Of a stretch of 64,000 nucleotides of DNA, positions 36,190 through 48,048 are shown in pieces. This stretch comes from Marsupella aquatica (taxonomy: Eukaryota > Plantae > Marchantiophyta), in the NCBI GenBank assembly GCA_973895155.1, contig OZ316895.1, positions 2,033,659 through 2,097,658 of the forward strand. Direction: 5' to 3'. The notes beneath the pieces were generated by a model. The model searched no databases and was not told the DNA's origin. It was given only the letters and a program-made list of their open reading frames with translations. The number at the start of each line of letters is the position of its first letter. The stretch's first letter is position 1. The position numbers were made by a program, and so were the translations under genes.

Positions 36190-38259
36190 CTAGATACGAT
36201 TCCGTCCTCCAGGGGATAGCATCCAGCCCTGAGAGCCGCTCCCCGTTTGCTGCTCAGTCAGTCCCCCTATCAGGGAGTAGTCGTCTCTCATCTTAGTTTG
36301 TGCTGCGCCTCTTTGTTCACTTCTCGGACTCCTCGTTTCAGGGCTGAGCAATCTGTTTGTCCTTGTTGAGCTTTCGCCCGCACCTGCATCAGACATGGAT
36401 CCTCGTGAGAAGTACAGCGAACGTTGTTTTTTTGCTTCACCCTTCGGCTTATCTTTATCTTCAGTTGGGGGGGTTCTCAATTCTTGTTTCCTGGTTCGTG
36501 CTTTGAGTTTGCTATTTGATATGTAAGCTTCATATTCTGACATCTCTGCATCGGTGTCCCCATGGTACGAGAAATTCCCTTCGGCTTCTACCTCTAAGAG
36601 CGATCCTGGAAGCCCGAGTGTGTCTGTTCTGGCCTTCGTGCTGAATTCCGGCCCAAAGCTTGGTGCACTGGCATTTAGAACAGAGCCTCTGCGGTCTGTG
36701 TTACCTCCAGGATCCCGGGCCAGTCCACTCCCAGGTGGGAAGTCTCGCGAATTCCCCTTAGTCCTAGTCGGTTCCCATCTCACCATGGCGTCCAAGGGTC
36801 CACGAGTGGGCTCCAGCAATTCCATCCCAATAGCACCCACATTCGGCCGTTGTGGGTTAGCTGGAGTTCCTTTGTCCGGTTCTCTAACATCTGTCGCAAT
36901 GATCAGCTCCACATGGGCAATTTCCTCCTCAACTGAGTTTTTCCGGATCGTGTTCGCCTGCCGCTCTTGGTTCTCCCTGAATTTAACCCGGACCATAGCA
37001 TTCTCTTGGGCCTTTTGTATCTCTTCTGGGTCAGCCTCCGAGTGTCGTTCGTCGTCTTTTTCATCAGGTATTTCCAGCACACTCGTCGGCCTCTGCCCTT
37101 CATCTCCTTCTCGACAGCTGCGGGCTAGATGCCCTTTCTTATGGCATTTGTAGCAGTGGTAAGGAATATTGCGGAAGGTCACCGGTTGCCAAATTACTAT
37201 ATCCTTCTGAATTTTCACTCGAACACTTGCCGGTATCTCCCTGTCAGTGTCCCATAGTATGCACGCACGGTCATGTGGGTAAGAACTGAATTGGTCTCCT
37301 TGAATGTAGTATAGTAGGGTGCCAAGCGCGCTTGCAATTTTCCTTCTGCATCCTTCCAGCTCCAAGGCTCTAAATGGTAGCTCAATCCATACTGGCAGTT
37401 TGGTGTAAGACTCATTTTTTATGTCAAAGGTTGGATCCCATGGGAAGGTGTATACAAATCTATTTTCCATAAACCATGGCGCCCCATTCAGTGCCAGATC
37501 CCGATGATCAGGTTCTTCAAAGATTACCATGTAAAAATTTTTCCCCACAAACTTGACTTGTAGCACCGGCCAGCGCCCTTGCCTAGTCATTTCGTCTTCT
37601 ACCCAGTCTCTGAAGGCTGGAAGCAATGGGGTTCTATCTGTGAAGTAGCATAGCAAGGCATAGTTATATAATTGCCTCACATTCATAGCTGCTTCCGTCA
37701 TGTTCCATTCAACTATGGCAAACAGCTTTTTGTCAAGGTCACCCTTAGAGCGGTGTGCTACAGCTCTCAGAATTCTGATACATTCCTCCGATGTTTCCTC
37801 CTCTTCAGCTCCTTCGCGGCCCCATGTATCAGGATTCCGGGTACCATTTGAGATTCCATAGATTCCAGGACCCTCTCCCCTGAGCTCTGCACCTCTCAGG
37901 CTACGTCGTGTCTCTCCATCCAAGGCTGGGACCTTGTCCCGAGCTGAGCCGCCGCCATTCTCATCCTCTTCCATGTCCATCAGATCGTCCTGTATCTCCC
38001 ATTGTGAGCCGGCTGAGCCCCCCCTACTCTCTCCCTGTAGGCCAGGATTGCCTCCTCCCTTTCTCTCCTGCAGTGGTCCGTCCCCATCATTCCGCGCATC
38101 TTGCGCCGAGAATTGGTTGCACCTCCCCACTCCCTCCTCTTCGAGTTTTCCTTTATTCTGAGAGGCCAAACCAACCAGATTGGTCTCGCGCCCTCTCACC
38201 CCCTGGAGCGTCCCCGTTCTAGTCTGTTCTTGTTTCAGTCGCCCACTGTAGCACCCCAC
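36190..38259 (-). CDS. LINE ORF1 (DUF4283-like region plus CCHC zinc knuckle); true start uncertain
   Basis: ALNGAPWF...FPWDPTF...LPVWIELP and CYKCHKKGHLARSC, upstream of ORF2. Confidence 0.85.
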   Translation of the reverse strand: MGCYSGRLKQEQTRTGTLQGVRGRETNLVGLASQNKGKLEEEGVGRCNQFSAQDARNDGDGPLQERKGGGNPGLQGESRGGSAGSQWEIQDDLMDMEEDENGGGSARDKVPALDGETRRSLRGAELRGEGPGIYGISNGTRNPDTWGREGAEEEETSEECIRILRAVAHRSKGDLDKKLFAIVEWNMTEAAMNVRQLYNYALLCYFTDRTPLLPAFRDWVEDEMTRQGRWPVLQVKFVGKNFYMVIFEEPDHRDLALNGAPWFMENRFVYTFPWDPTFDIKNESYTKLPVWIELPFRALELEGCRRKIASALGTLLYYIQGDQFSSYPHDRACILWDTDREIPASVRVKIQKDIVIWQPVTFRNIPYHCYKCHKKGHLARSCREGDEGQRPTSVLEIPDEKDDERHSEADPEEIQKAQENAMVRVKFRENQERQANTIRKNSVEEEIAHVELIIATDVREPDKGTPANPQRPNVGAIGMELLEPTRGPLDAMVRWEPTRTKGNSRDFPPGSGLARDPGGNTDRRGSVLNASAPSFGPEFSTKARTDTLGLPGSLLEVEAEGNFSYHGDTDAEMSEYEAYISNSKLKARTRKQELRTPPTEDKDKPKGEAKKQRSLYFSRGSMSDAGAGESSTRTNRLLSPETRSPRSEQRGAAQTKMRDDYSLIGGLTEQQTGSGSQGWMLSPGGRNRI

Positions 38260-41200
38260 CAGATCGATGCGAACCCTTGTTCCAATGTGTCTACCTTTTA
38301 ATCCCCGCCTCCAAAAGTGGCAGCGGGAAAGGTGCTCCCGCTAGACTAACGCATCGGCTCATCCGCCACCCCTGGCTCCAACTCTCATGACCGGATCTCC
38401 ACAATTGTGCTCCCGCAATCCAGACTAGTATTCCACCCTAAAACAGCAGAACCGGCTCTAAAGCGGATCCCGATCGTAGCGATGGCGAGAGAGAGCAGAA
38501 AAAGCTTCGTGCAGAAGCAGGGGTCACCCTCGTATCGATTCCACCCCTCTCGAGAAGCTTTTTGCCCCTCTCAATCTCCTTCTAGAAGGTCGAAACGCTC
38601 ATGGATGAGCACAAGTCCCTCCGCCCTTCTTCGCAAGTCCACTGTCAGTTAGCTCGTTCAGCCCCAGGAAACCAATTCATTGAGGAACATAGACAGACTA
38701 AGGAAAACATCATACAATGGAAAACTAAGGACTACATTGTAATAATAAGAGATCAAGCTCACCTTGCACCACAAAGATTGTCACGAGTCACCTCGCAGTT
38801 CCTCGCAGCTTAGGTCCAGGATGACATTTCAATATGGAGGAAAGGAGTTTACTCATTTAAAACAGAGAAGGAGTGGCATCTACAGGGACTTTGGCAGCAC
38901 ATTGAAAAGGTTGGCGATACATCAGGTTATCTTTCTAGGTTGACACTGCCAATAGAATTTTGAACACAACAAACACAACAAACACTGCCAGATATAGAAT
39001 TTTGAACACAAGGGTATGGCATCCTGATTTGCCTAACTCAATCAACTTAATAGCATATTTTTATGTTCAATTAGGCAGCACTAAATAGAACAGCCTTTCA
39101 CGCAGTCAGAATAATTGGCAATAATTGCCAGACGACAACAAGACAACAAACTGAACTGAACATAGTAGACAAATCCAACAAGTAGCAATCAGAAATTAAC
39201 AGCAGACAGACAGAGGACAACTCGGTCAGAACTCGGGCACTTGATTTAGTTGTGGTAAATAGCCGTTCAAGTTCTGGACAAGCAAGAGCAATACGTGAGC
39301 AGACTCCAGAAAAATCATCTCTTGAGATTGAGGAGAAAGGCATTCCCCAGCCAGCTTACCTATGTCTTGAAAAATGTATCGGACATCGTGGACGCTGGGG
39401 CTCAGCTGTTGGCCGCAAGGGAAGATTTTGCCAAAACAAACAATAAAGCTCGAAGATAGTTAAATTTCTTAGGTCATTCTAAATGGGGAATGAATTAGCA
39501 ATTAGAACCAGTAAACCCTGATCTTGGGCAAGCAGAGAGAGAAGACTCTGCGCCTAATACTTATGTCTACCCGAATTTTACTGGGACATATGAGCATTGG
39601 GATGGCATTGCAAAGCAGAATTTTGTAGCAGTGGAAGGAATCAACATAGATAGCAGTGGAAGGTCGCAGTGGAGCTAGCATGGGACAGGGAAGGAAATGC
39701 AGGCACTTGTGATGCAAAAGGCTATAGAGGGCGAGAAGGTGGACAACCAAACTCAGCAAACTCAAAGAACATGTAGCAAATGGCAATAGAATTGAAGATC
39801 AGAGAACCTGAGTGGGCAAAAAATTGATATAGATTGTAATGGGCAATAAAGAAGCTCAACCGGGAGACTAGCAGTAGTGGAGACAGTTCCGTCTTAAATG
39901 GAAAAGGAGAGATATATACAATAAAGAGAGACGTCCTTTAAAGTAGAAATTGTCTGAAAAGTAAGTGCAAATAAGTGCATGCAACAGGAGCGGTCACATA
40001 CAAATTGAGCAGATCCTCTCAAGGCTACAGAGGGCGAGAAGGTGGACAACCAAACTCAGCAAACTCAAAGAACAAGTAGTAAATGGCAATAGAATAGAAG
40101 ATCAGAGAACATGTAGCGAATGGAGAGGGATAGATAGAGAAAAAACATAAGCAGAGAGCTCTGGCACACAGCAACACAGGTCCCAACACAGCACATTGCA
40201 GGTCCCAGGCTGGGGTGGAGCCGGAAGTGGAGAGCACAGAGCAACCAGGCAAATCACAGCATGGGCGCCAATGGGAATAAGGTCAATACCTTTGAGGCGG
40301 AAGCTAGCAGGCCTCAACTTGCAGGTAGCAGCTTGTGCTCTGTTGCCTTCCGCAAGTAGCTTGCACTCTCAGCTTCCGCAATGAGTCGCCCTCTCCCCTT
40401 TTGCAAGCAGCTGCTCGACCTCTCCCCTTCCACAAGCAGCTTGCCTTCTCCCCGTCCGCAATCAGGTCACCTCTCCCCTTCCGCAAGCAGCTCGCACCCA
40501 CTTAAAGAAACAAATGTTGAGACCAAACAAACAACCGGCTCCCTTCCGCAAACTCCACAACCTCTTCAAGAAGCTATCGTCGACCTTCCGCAGCAAGAAT
40601 CATTTCCTCCCTGCTTTCACTGCCTCCACGAGCTTCCATAGCAATCGCCTTCCATGATGATCGGGGCCCCAGTGCGCAAATGCCTTCCGCATCCACCTTG
40701 CGCAGCTTGTTGCCGATTGTAGCTCCTCACCCACAGCTCGTGACCCGCAGCTTGTCGCTCGACTGTTTCTGATTGTGTCCGGCTCTTCCTTCTGCAGCTC
40801 TTCCCTTCCGCACCTCCAACCTCACGCAACTCCTCCCCTCCCGCAACTCCAACCTGTGCTCCTGGGGCAACTCCAACCTGTGCGCGGAAGAGTGTTGCAG
40901 CTCCTCCCCTCCCGCAACTCCACCCTGTGCTAGTCTAGCAAATGTGCTCGGAAGAGTGTCGCAGCTCCTCCCCTCCTGCAACTCCAACCTATGCTCCCGG
41001 GGCAAATGTGTTCGGAAGAGTGTCGAAGCTTGGTGGAGGCAATGCACAACGCTGCGCAACCCTAAGCCCTTGCAATGTGCACACAAGGCATGCCAAGAAA
41101 AGAGCACATCGCGCATTGCCCTCTCCGTCGATGTTTTTTCAGGAAAAAGGGCTCCTGTTGGTACGCGAGAACACTTGAGGAGGAAAAACCTAATGCTGGA

Positions 41201-41649
41201 CGCCTAAACCCCGTAAAAGTAAGGTATTTCTCCAGATGGGGATGGTGGATATTGTACGTGGGTCATGAATTAGGTTCTATTCTGACAATCTCTCATATGT
41301 CTGGACCCCCCATAAGACCCTAGGGAAGTTGAGACTAGGTTAATAACAATGTAAACCACCCCCCCCCCTCGCCCCCATAAGGCCCTAGGGAAATACCGAC
41401 TATATAGGGTAATAACAAGGTCCGGACGCCCCCATAAGGCCCTAAGTAGGGAAGGCAAGGTTAATAACTTATAATGTCGCAACCCCCCCATAAGGTCATG
41501 GCTGTTTGTGTAGGTGCCAACAAGAATGTTAAGGACCAATGTTATATATAAAAAATCATGCCCGCGATATAAAACGTCCTTTTGGACCAAGGGAAGACTA
41601 CATATGAGGCTATGTTGTCTAAGAGTTTTTGAGAGCATTACACCAAAGC

Positions 41650-44600
41650 ATTAACAAGTGAGCCTTCCCATGACTATATGACCTCCAATATGCCAACATT
41701 AATGGCTTCCAATATGACAGCATGAGTGACCCCACGTTTAGTCCTCAGATTGAAGCACCATTTAATTCACAAATGACCCAATGAACTCCCTTGTACCTCC
41801 AAAGAGAACCCCCCAATAGCCTTTGTAAAGACCACATTTCCAGTCATTTGGTACTTCTGACCTCTAGTATGACAACCAAGATTACCCTAATTTGAGGTGT
41901 TTTCATTAATGACACACCATGAGGGACCTCTCTAATGACCACATATGCAGTCAATTGCTCCAAATGACCTCCAACTGACTACCAAAATGACCCTTATTGT
42001 AGTCATTGACATTAATGACACACATTATGTGAAAATGACCCAATGAAGAGTATACTACCTCTCGGAGTGCCCCTTTACAATTCCTTTGGAATTTAATAGA
42101 ATATATCCAAAATCCAAATATCGGCACAAACATGACATAGTTATATAGAAGGACATAGTCTTCCACTAGTATTGCACTATATACCTCTTGGAGAGACAAA
42201 AACAATTTTTGTATGCATGCCTTAGGATGGTATGCATGCATGGTGACACTTTTGGCAAATCACTCCAAAGTTGTATGAATTGGGAGTGATTTCCCCAAGG
42301 TTGCATCACCCCTTAAGTAATTGCAAAAACATGGCTCCAAAGTGCTCATGGTGCAACTAGTGGTTGGAGAATAGTGGGTATAGTACCCCGCACCTTGTGG
42401 AGAGGTTGCCACCTTCATGTAGAGCCCCATGGCACACTAGGGCCACCTTAAGCTCCTAGACCCAAAAGGGTCATTTCTGATGGTCCGTAATGACACCATG
42501 AGGGACCTCTATAATGACCCCATATGGAGTCATTTGGCACAAATGACTTCCAAAAGGACTGCCAAAATGACCCTTACTGCAGTCTTTGGCATTAATGACA
42601 CACTATTCCTCCAAAATGACCCAATGAAGATTACAACACCTACGCACAATGCCCCGACACTATTCATATGCAAAATGGAGTATTCCCCATCCAAACACCG
42701 GCACAAACATGACACAATTACATCACAAGATGACAACCTTCCATTGGTGTTGCGCTACTTCTTGGAGAGACAAAAAAATGGCTCCATTTGCGCTTGGATA
42801 CGGTGGTATGCATCCATGGTGACACTTTTGGCAAATCACTCCAAAGTTGTATGACTTGGGAGTGATTTCCCCAAGGTGCATCATGCCTTAAGTAAATGCA
42901 AAAACATGTGTCCAAAGTGTTCATGGCACAACTAGTGGTTGGACGATGATGAGTATAGTGTCCCGCACCTAGTGGAGGGGGTTCTCACCTCTATGTGGGG
43001 CCCCATGGCACTCTAGGGCCCACCTCCAGCCCCTAGCCCCAAACTGGTCATTTGTGCTTCTGCTTAATGATTGCACAAGGGACCCCTCAAATGACCACAA
43101 ATCCAATCATTTGACTTATGTGACAGCCCATATGACAGATTTAATGACCGTACTTGTAGTCATTGGTATTTATGACACCAATTTTTTCAGAAATGACTCA
43201 ATGAAGATTACACTACCTTCTTGAGTGCCCCATCACTATTCATTTGCAAAATAAAATATTCCCCATCCAAACACCGGCACAAACATGACACAATTACATG
43301 GAAGGACAACAGCCTTGCACTACTTCTTGCAGAGACAAAAAAAATGGCTTCATTTCCTTTAGATAGGATGGTATGCATCAATGGTGACACTTTTGGCAAA
43401 TCACTCCAAAGTCGTACGACTTGGGAGTGATTTTCCCAAGATTATATCATCCCTTAAGTAAACACAAAAACATGGCTCCAAACTGCTAATGGTGCAACTA
43501 GTGGTTGGAGAATAGTAATTATAGTATTTGACACCTAGTGGAGGGGTTGCGAGCTCTATGTGGTGCCACATGGCACTCTAGGGCCCACCTCCAGCCCTTA
43601 GCTCCAAATTGGTCATTCATGCTTGTCTTCAATGACTGCACTAGAGACCCCTCAAATGACAACAAGTCCAGTCATTTGAATTATATGACATCCCATATGA
43701 CCAATTCAATGACCCTACTTGTGGTCATTGGCACTTATGACATGACTTTGTTAAAAAATGACCCAAAGAAGGTCCTGGTAGCGCCAGAGAGAGCCCGCTC
43801 TACATTCCTTGCAAAAATGGAATAATTGTATACCTTTAAACATCAGACACATCATAGAGGGAAGCACCACTGCCACACCCATTCCATTGGTGTTGCGCTA
43901 CCTCTTGGAGAGACAAAAAAGGGCTTCATTTGCGTTTGGAACAGTGGTATGCATCCATGGTGACACTTTTGGCAAATCACTCCAAAGTCATACGACTTGG
44001 GAGTGATTTCCCCAAAGGTGCATCATGCCTTAAGTAAACGCAAAAACATGTGTCCAAGGTGTTTATGTTGCAACTAGTGGTTGGACAATGATGAGTATAG
44101 TGTCCCGCACGCAGTGGAGGGGTTCTCACCTCTATGTGGGGCCACATGGCACTCTAGGGCCCACCTCCAGCCCCTAGCCCCAAACTGGTCATTTGTGCTT
44201 TTCCTTAATGACTGCATAAGGGACCCCTCAAATGATCACAAATCCAGTCATTAGACTGATATGACTCTCCATATGACAGTTTTAATGACCCTGCTTTTAG
44301 TCATTGATATTTATGACGGGCCATTGCTCACATATGACCCAATAAAGGCCCTAGTACCTCCAACTAAAGCCAGCTTTAGATTCCTTGCAAGATTGGAATA
44401 TTCCTCTTCCCTATATCCGCACCCACACCATACTGAGAAGCACGACTCCCCTGCCCATTCCATTGGTGCAGCACCACCTCTTGGAGAACCCAAAAACAAC
44501 TTTTATTTGCCTTTGTATGTGATGGTGTGCATGCATGGCAACACTTTTGGCAAATCACTCCAAAGTCGTACGACTTGGGAGTGATTTCCCCAAAGGTGCA

Positions 44601-45890
44601 TCGTGCCTTAAGGAAACACAAAAACATGTGTCCAAAGTGTTTATGTCGCAACTAGTGGTTGGACAATGATGAGTATAGTGTCCCGCACCTCGTGGAGGGG
44701 TTCTCACCTCTATGTGGGGCCCCATGGCACTCTAGGGCGCACCTCCAGCCCCTAGCCCCAAAATGGTCATTTGTGCTTTTCCTTAATGACTGCATGAGGG
44801 ACCCCTCAAATGACAATAATTCAGGTCATTCCGCTTATATGACATCCAATGTGACCATTTTAATGACCTTTCTTGTAGTAATTGGCATTTATGACGGGCC
44901 ATTGCTCACATATGACCCAATAAAGGCCCTAGTACCTCCAAAGAGAGCCAGCTTTAGATTCCTTGCAAGGTTGGAATATTCCCAAACCCTAATCCCGCAG
45001 CCACACCATGCAAAGAAGCACGACTCCCCTGCCCATTCCATGCGTGCAGCACTACCTCTTGGAGAACCAAAAAACAGGTTTTATTTGCCTTTGGATGTGA
45101 TGGTATACATCCATGGTTGCACTTTTGGCAAATCACTCCAAAGTCGTACGACTTGGGAGTGATTTCCCCAAAGGTGCATCATGCCTTAAGGAAACACAAA
45201 AACATGTGTCCAAAGTGTTTATGTTGCAACTAGTGGTTGGACAATGATGAGTATAGTGTCCCGCACCTAGTGGAGGGGTTCTCACCTCTATGTGGGGCCC
45301 ATGGCACTCTAGGGCCCACCTCAAGCCCCTAGCCCCAAAATGGTCATTTGTGCTTTTCCTTAATGACTACATAAGGGACCCCTCAAATGACCACAAATCC
45401 AGTCATTAGACTGATATGACTCTCCATATGACAATTTTAATGACCCTACTTTTAGTCATTGGCATTTATGACGGGCCATTGCTCACATATGACCCAATAA
45501 AGGCCCTAGTACCTCCAAAGAGAGCCAACTTTAGATTCCTTGCAAGGTTGGAATATTCCTCTTCCCTAAACCTGCACCCACACCATACTGAGAAGCATGA
45601 CTCCCCTGCCCATTCCATTGGGGCAGCACTACCTCTTGGAGAACCAAAAAACAACTTTTATTTGCCTTTGGATGTGATGGTATGCATGCATTTATTTGCA
45701 AATTAAAATATTCCCCGTCCAAACACCGGCACAAACATGACACAATTACAACAAAACATGACAACCTTCCATTGGTATTGCCCTACTTCTTGGAGAGACA
45801 AAAAGGTTTCATTTGCCCCATGGATACGATAGTATGCGCGCATCTATATATGATGACACTTCTGGAAAATCACTCCAAAGGTGTATGACT
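41650..45890. repeat. Right subterminal array of CACTA: ~575-bp unit, about 7 copies
   Basis: Anchor cacttttggcaaatcactccaaag recurs near 42245, 42820, 43390, 43965, 44540 and 45120, with a diverged copy near 45860. Confidence 0.92.
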
Positions 45891-45973
45891 CTACAATTAT
45901 GATAGGTGTCTGGAATGACTATTGAGTATTTTAATCTTCATATCTCTTGGGTTCTTTAATGACTCTATAAGTA

Positions 45974-46554
45974 GTCATTTATGTAATAAGTCCATAATGA
46001 CTGTATGTTATTGTAAACATTGATATATCCTGATTTTTAGATTGACCCTATATTTAGTCATTTATGCGACAAGTCCATAATGACAGTATGTTGTTGAAAA
46101 CACTGATATATCCTAATTTCAAGATTGACTGTGGAGTTAGTCATTTATGAGAGAAGTCCATAATGACGGTATGTTCTTGTAAACACTGATATGTCCTAAT
46201 TTCAAGATTGACCCTAGAGTTAGTCATTTATGAGAGAAGTCCATAATGACGGTATGTTCTTGTAAACACTGATATGTCCTAATTTCAAGATTGACCCTAG
46301 AGTTAGTCATTTATGAGAGAAGTCCATAATGACGGTATGTTCTTGTAAACACTGATATGTCCTAATTTCAAGATTGACCCTAGAGTTAGTCATTTATGAG
46401 AGAAGTCCATAATGACGGTATGTTCTTGTAAACACTGATATGTCCTAATTTCAAGATTGACCCTAGAGTTAGTCATTTATGGCAGAAGTCCATAATGACA
46501 ATATGTTGTTGTAAACACTGATATATTCTCATTTTCAGATTGACCCTAAATTTT
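45974..46554. repeat. 83-bp tandem repeat, 7 copies, in the CACTA subterminal region
   Basis: gtcatttat at 45974, 46057, 46140, 46223, 46306, 46389 and 46472; central copies identical. Confidence 0.95.
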
Positions 46555-47176
46555 GTCATCTAACACCGTTGGTTAAAATGACGATAATACATTTTTTGTC
46601 ATTTATCACCGTTGTCCAAAATGATCCAAATAGATTTTTGGTCATTTCAGTCATTGTCCAGAGTGACTTTAATGTTACTAAACACTGATTTATCATTGTT
46701 GTTATTAATTGTGTCATTTAAGACATGTGTCTAAATTGACCATTTAGGGAAATTGGGTCATTTTGGTCGCATCAGTCATTATAGACATTATACAAAATGA
46801 CGAAAAAATTAACATTTTGTCATTTCAGTCTTGGTCATTGTGGACAGTCATTCCCCTGTCATTTTTTTTGTGTCATTAAAACTTTTGGTCATTTATTCAT
46901 CTCTGTCATTGGGTGATTGGTCATAAAGGGCCCTGTTTTCTTCTAGTGGAGTACACTTAGCTTAGTTACTAGTTTTGCGCAATGTCATTTTTTACACATT
47001 GCACCTTTTGCACAACATCATCCTTTCCTTAAATGACAAGTTTTTTTATTTAACACATCTTCTGCATAAACATATCTTTTACTAAATAATATCATATGTG
47101 TAATGGCATCTTTGACTTAATTAACAAGATAAGACCATGTATGAATTTGATATTTTTTATGGAATAATATGTTCTA

Positions 47177-48036
47177 CTAGCCCCATGCCGTGCGTTGCAC
47201 AAAAGATGTTGAAGTGAGGGCAAGATTTAGAGGTGAGGGCAAGATGTTGAGGTGAAGTCAAGATATCTAGGTGAGGGAAAGACGTTGAGCTGAGGGCAAG
47301 ATTCCAAGTGAGGGCTGGATGTCAAGGTGAATGCAGCATATTGAGGTGAGGGCAAGATGTTGAGTGAGGGCAAGATGTTGAGGCAAGGGCAAGATGTCAA
47401 GGGGAGGAAAAGGTGTCAAGGAGAGACAAAAATGTCCAGGAGATGCAAAGATGTCAAGGCAAGGGCCAGATGTTGAGGAGATGCAAAGATGTCCAGGCAA
47501 GGGCCAGATGTTGAGGAGAGGCAAAGATGTCCAGGCAAGGGCAAGATGTCGAGGGGAGGGAAAGAGGTCAAGCAAGGTCAAAGCAAGGTCAAAGTGATGT
47601 CAAAGCGAGGCAAAAGACAAATAATTACGGAGAAAGGCAATGTTCAAAAATAAATTAAAGAAAATAAAAGCGAAAAGGCAAACACAAAAGGCAAAGTGGG
47701 AGAACCCAACTTTAAACATATCAAAAGGGAGTTAGAGGAGATTGTATCTAAGCTATAAATGGAGTTTTGCAGATCAAGGGTCAACTTATTTTCCATCCAA
47801 TGGTTGAGCTCAAGGTTGAATCCGGCCCAAGCTTGCGACTATAAGCAGATGCTGCCCATGAATGGATGGGGTCCATGATTGTGTGATAGCCGGCCCGATG
47901 CCCATGCTTTACACACTCAGAAAACTTTGAGGCGAAGCAAGGATCGATGTAGCTAGAGGCGAAGGAAAGATGTTGAGGCAAGACAAGAATGTCAAGGAGG
48001 GACTCTACAAAATCCAAAAAGTTTGACATGGTCCAA
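47177..48036 (-). mobile_element. Helitron-like 3' end with ~19-bp AAGATGTTGAGGTGAGGGC subterminal tandem repeats; 5' end not defined
   Basis: Minus strand reads GTGCAACGCAC (hairpin)-GGCATGGGG-CTAG|T. Two related termini occur at ~960-1285 and 12458. Confidence 0.65.
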
Positions 48037-48048
48037 AAGTTTATGGTT

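Larger units (their letters stand above)
31955..38665 (-). mobile_element. Full-length L1-clade LINE nested in the CACTA element
   Basis: 16-bp TSD AGGAAACCAATTCATT at 31939-31954 and 38666-38681. A8 tail (T run at 31965-72). ORF1 and ORF2 present. Confidence 0.95.
21430..46948 (-). mobile_element. CACTA (En/Spm) DNA transposon, 25.5 kb including a nested LINE
   Basis: Right end reverse complement CACTAGAAGAAAACA...TTTATGAC; left end TGCTAGTAGAAAACA...TTTATGAC (terminal CA mutated to TG). 3-bp TSD GAG at 21427-29 and 46949-51. Dense ATGAC/GTCAT subterminal motifs at both ends; internal TnpD-like and TnpA-like genes. Confidence 0.95.

Noticed and set aside
33112-37153. Plus-strand ORFs antisense to the LINE ORFs
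   Set aside because: Shadow ORFs of GC-rich coding sequence with no independent motifs.
42480-45888. Recurrent ORFs ending in ...TFGKSLQSRTTWE
   Set aside because: By-products of the ~575-bp repeat; frames are inconsistent between units and no domain is recognisable.
45974-46554. Regularly spaced repeats (also 15602-15881) as a CRISPR array
   Set aside because: Whole units repeat with no unique spacers, there are no cas genes, and the context is eukaryotic.
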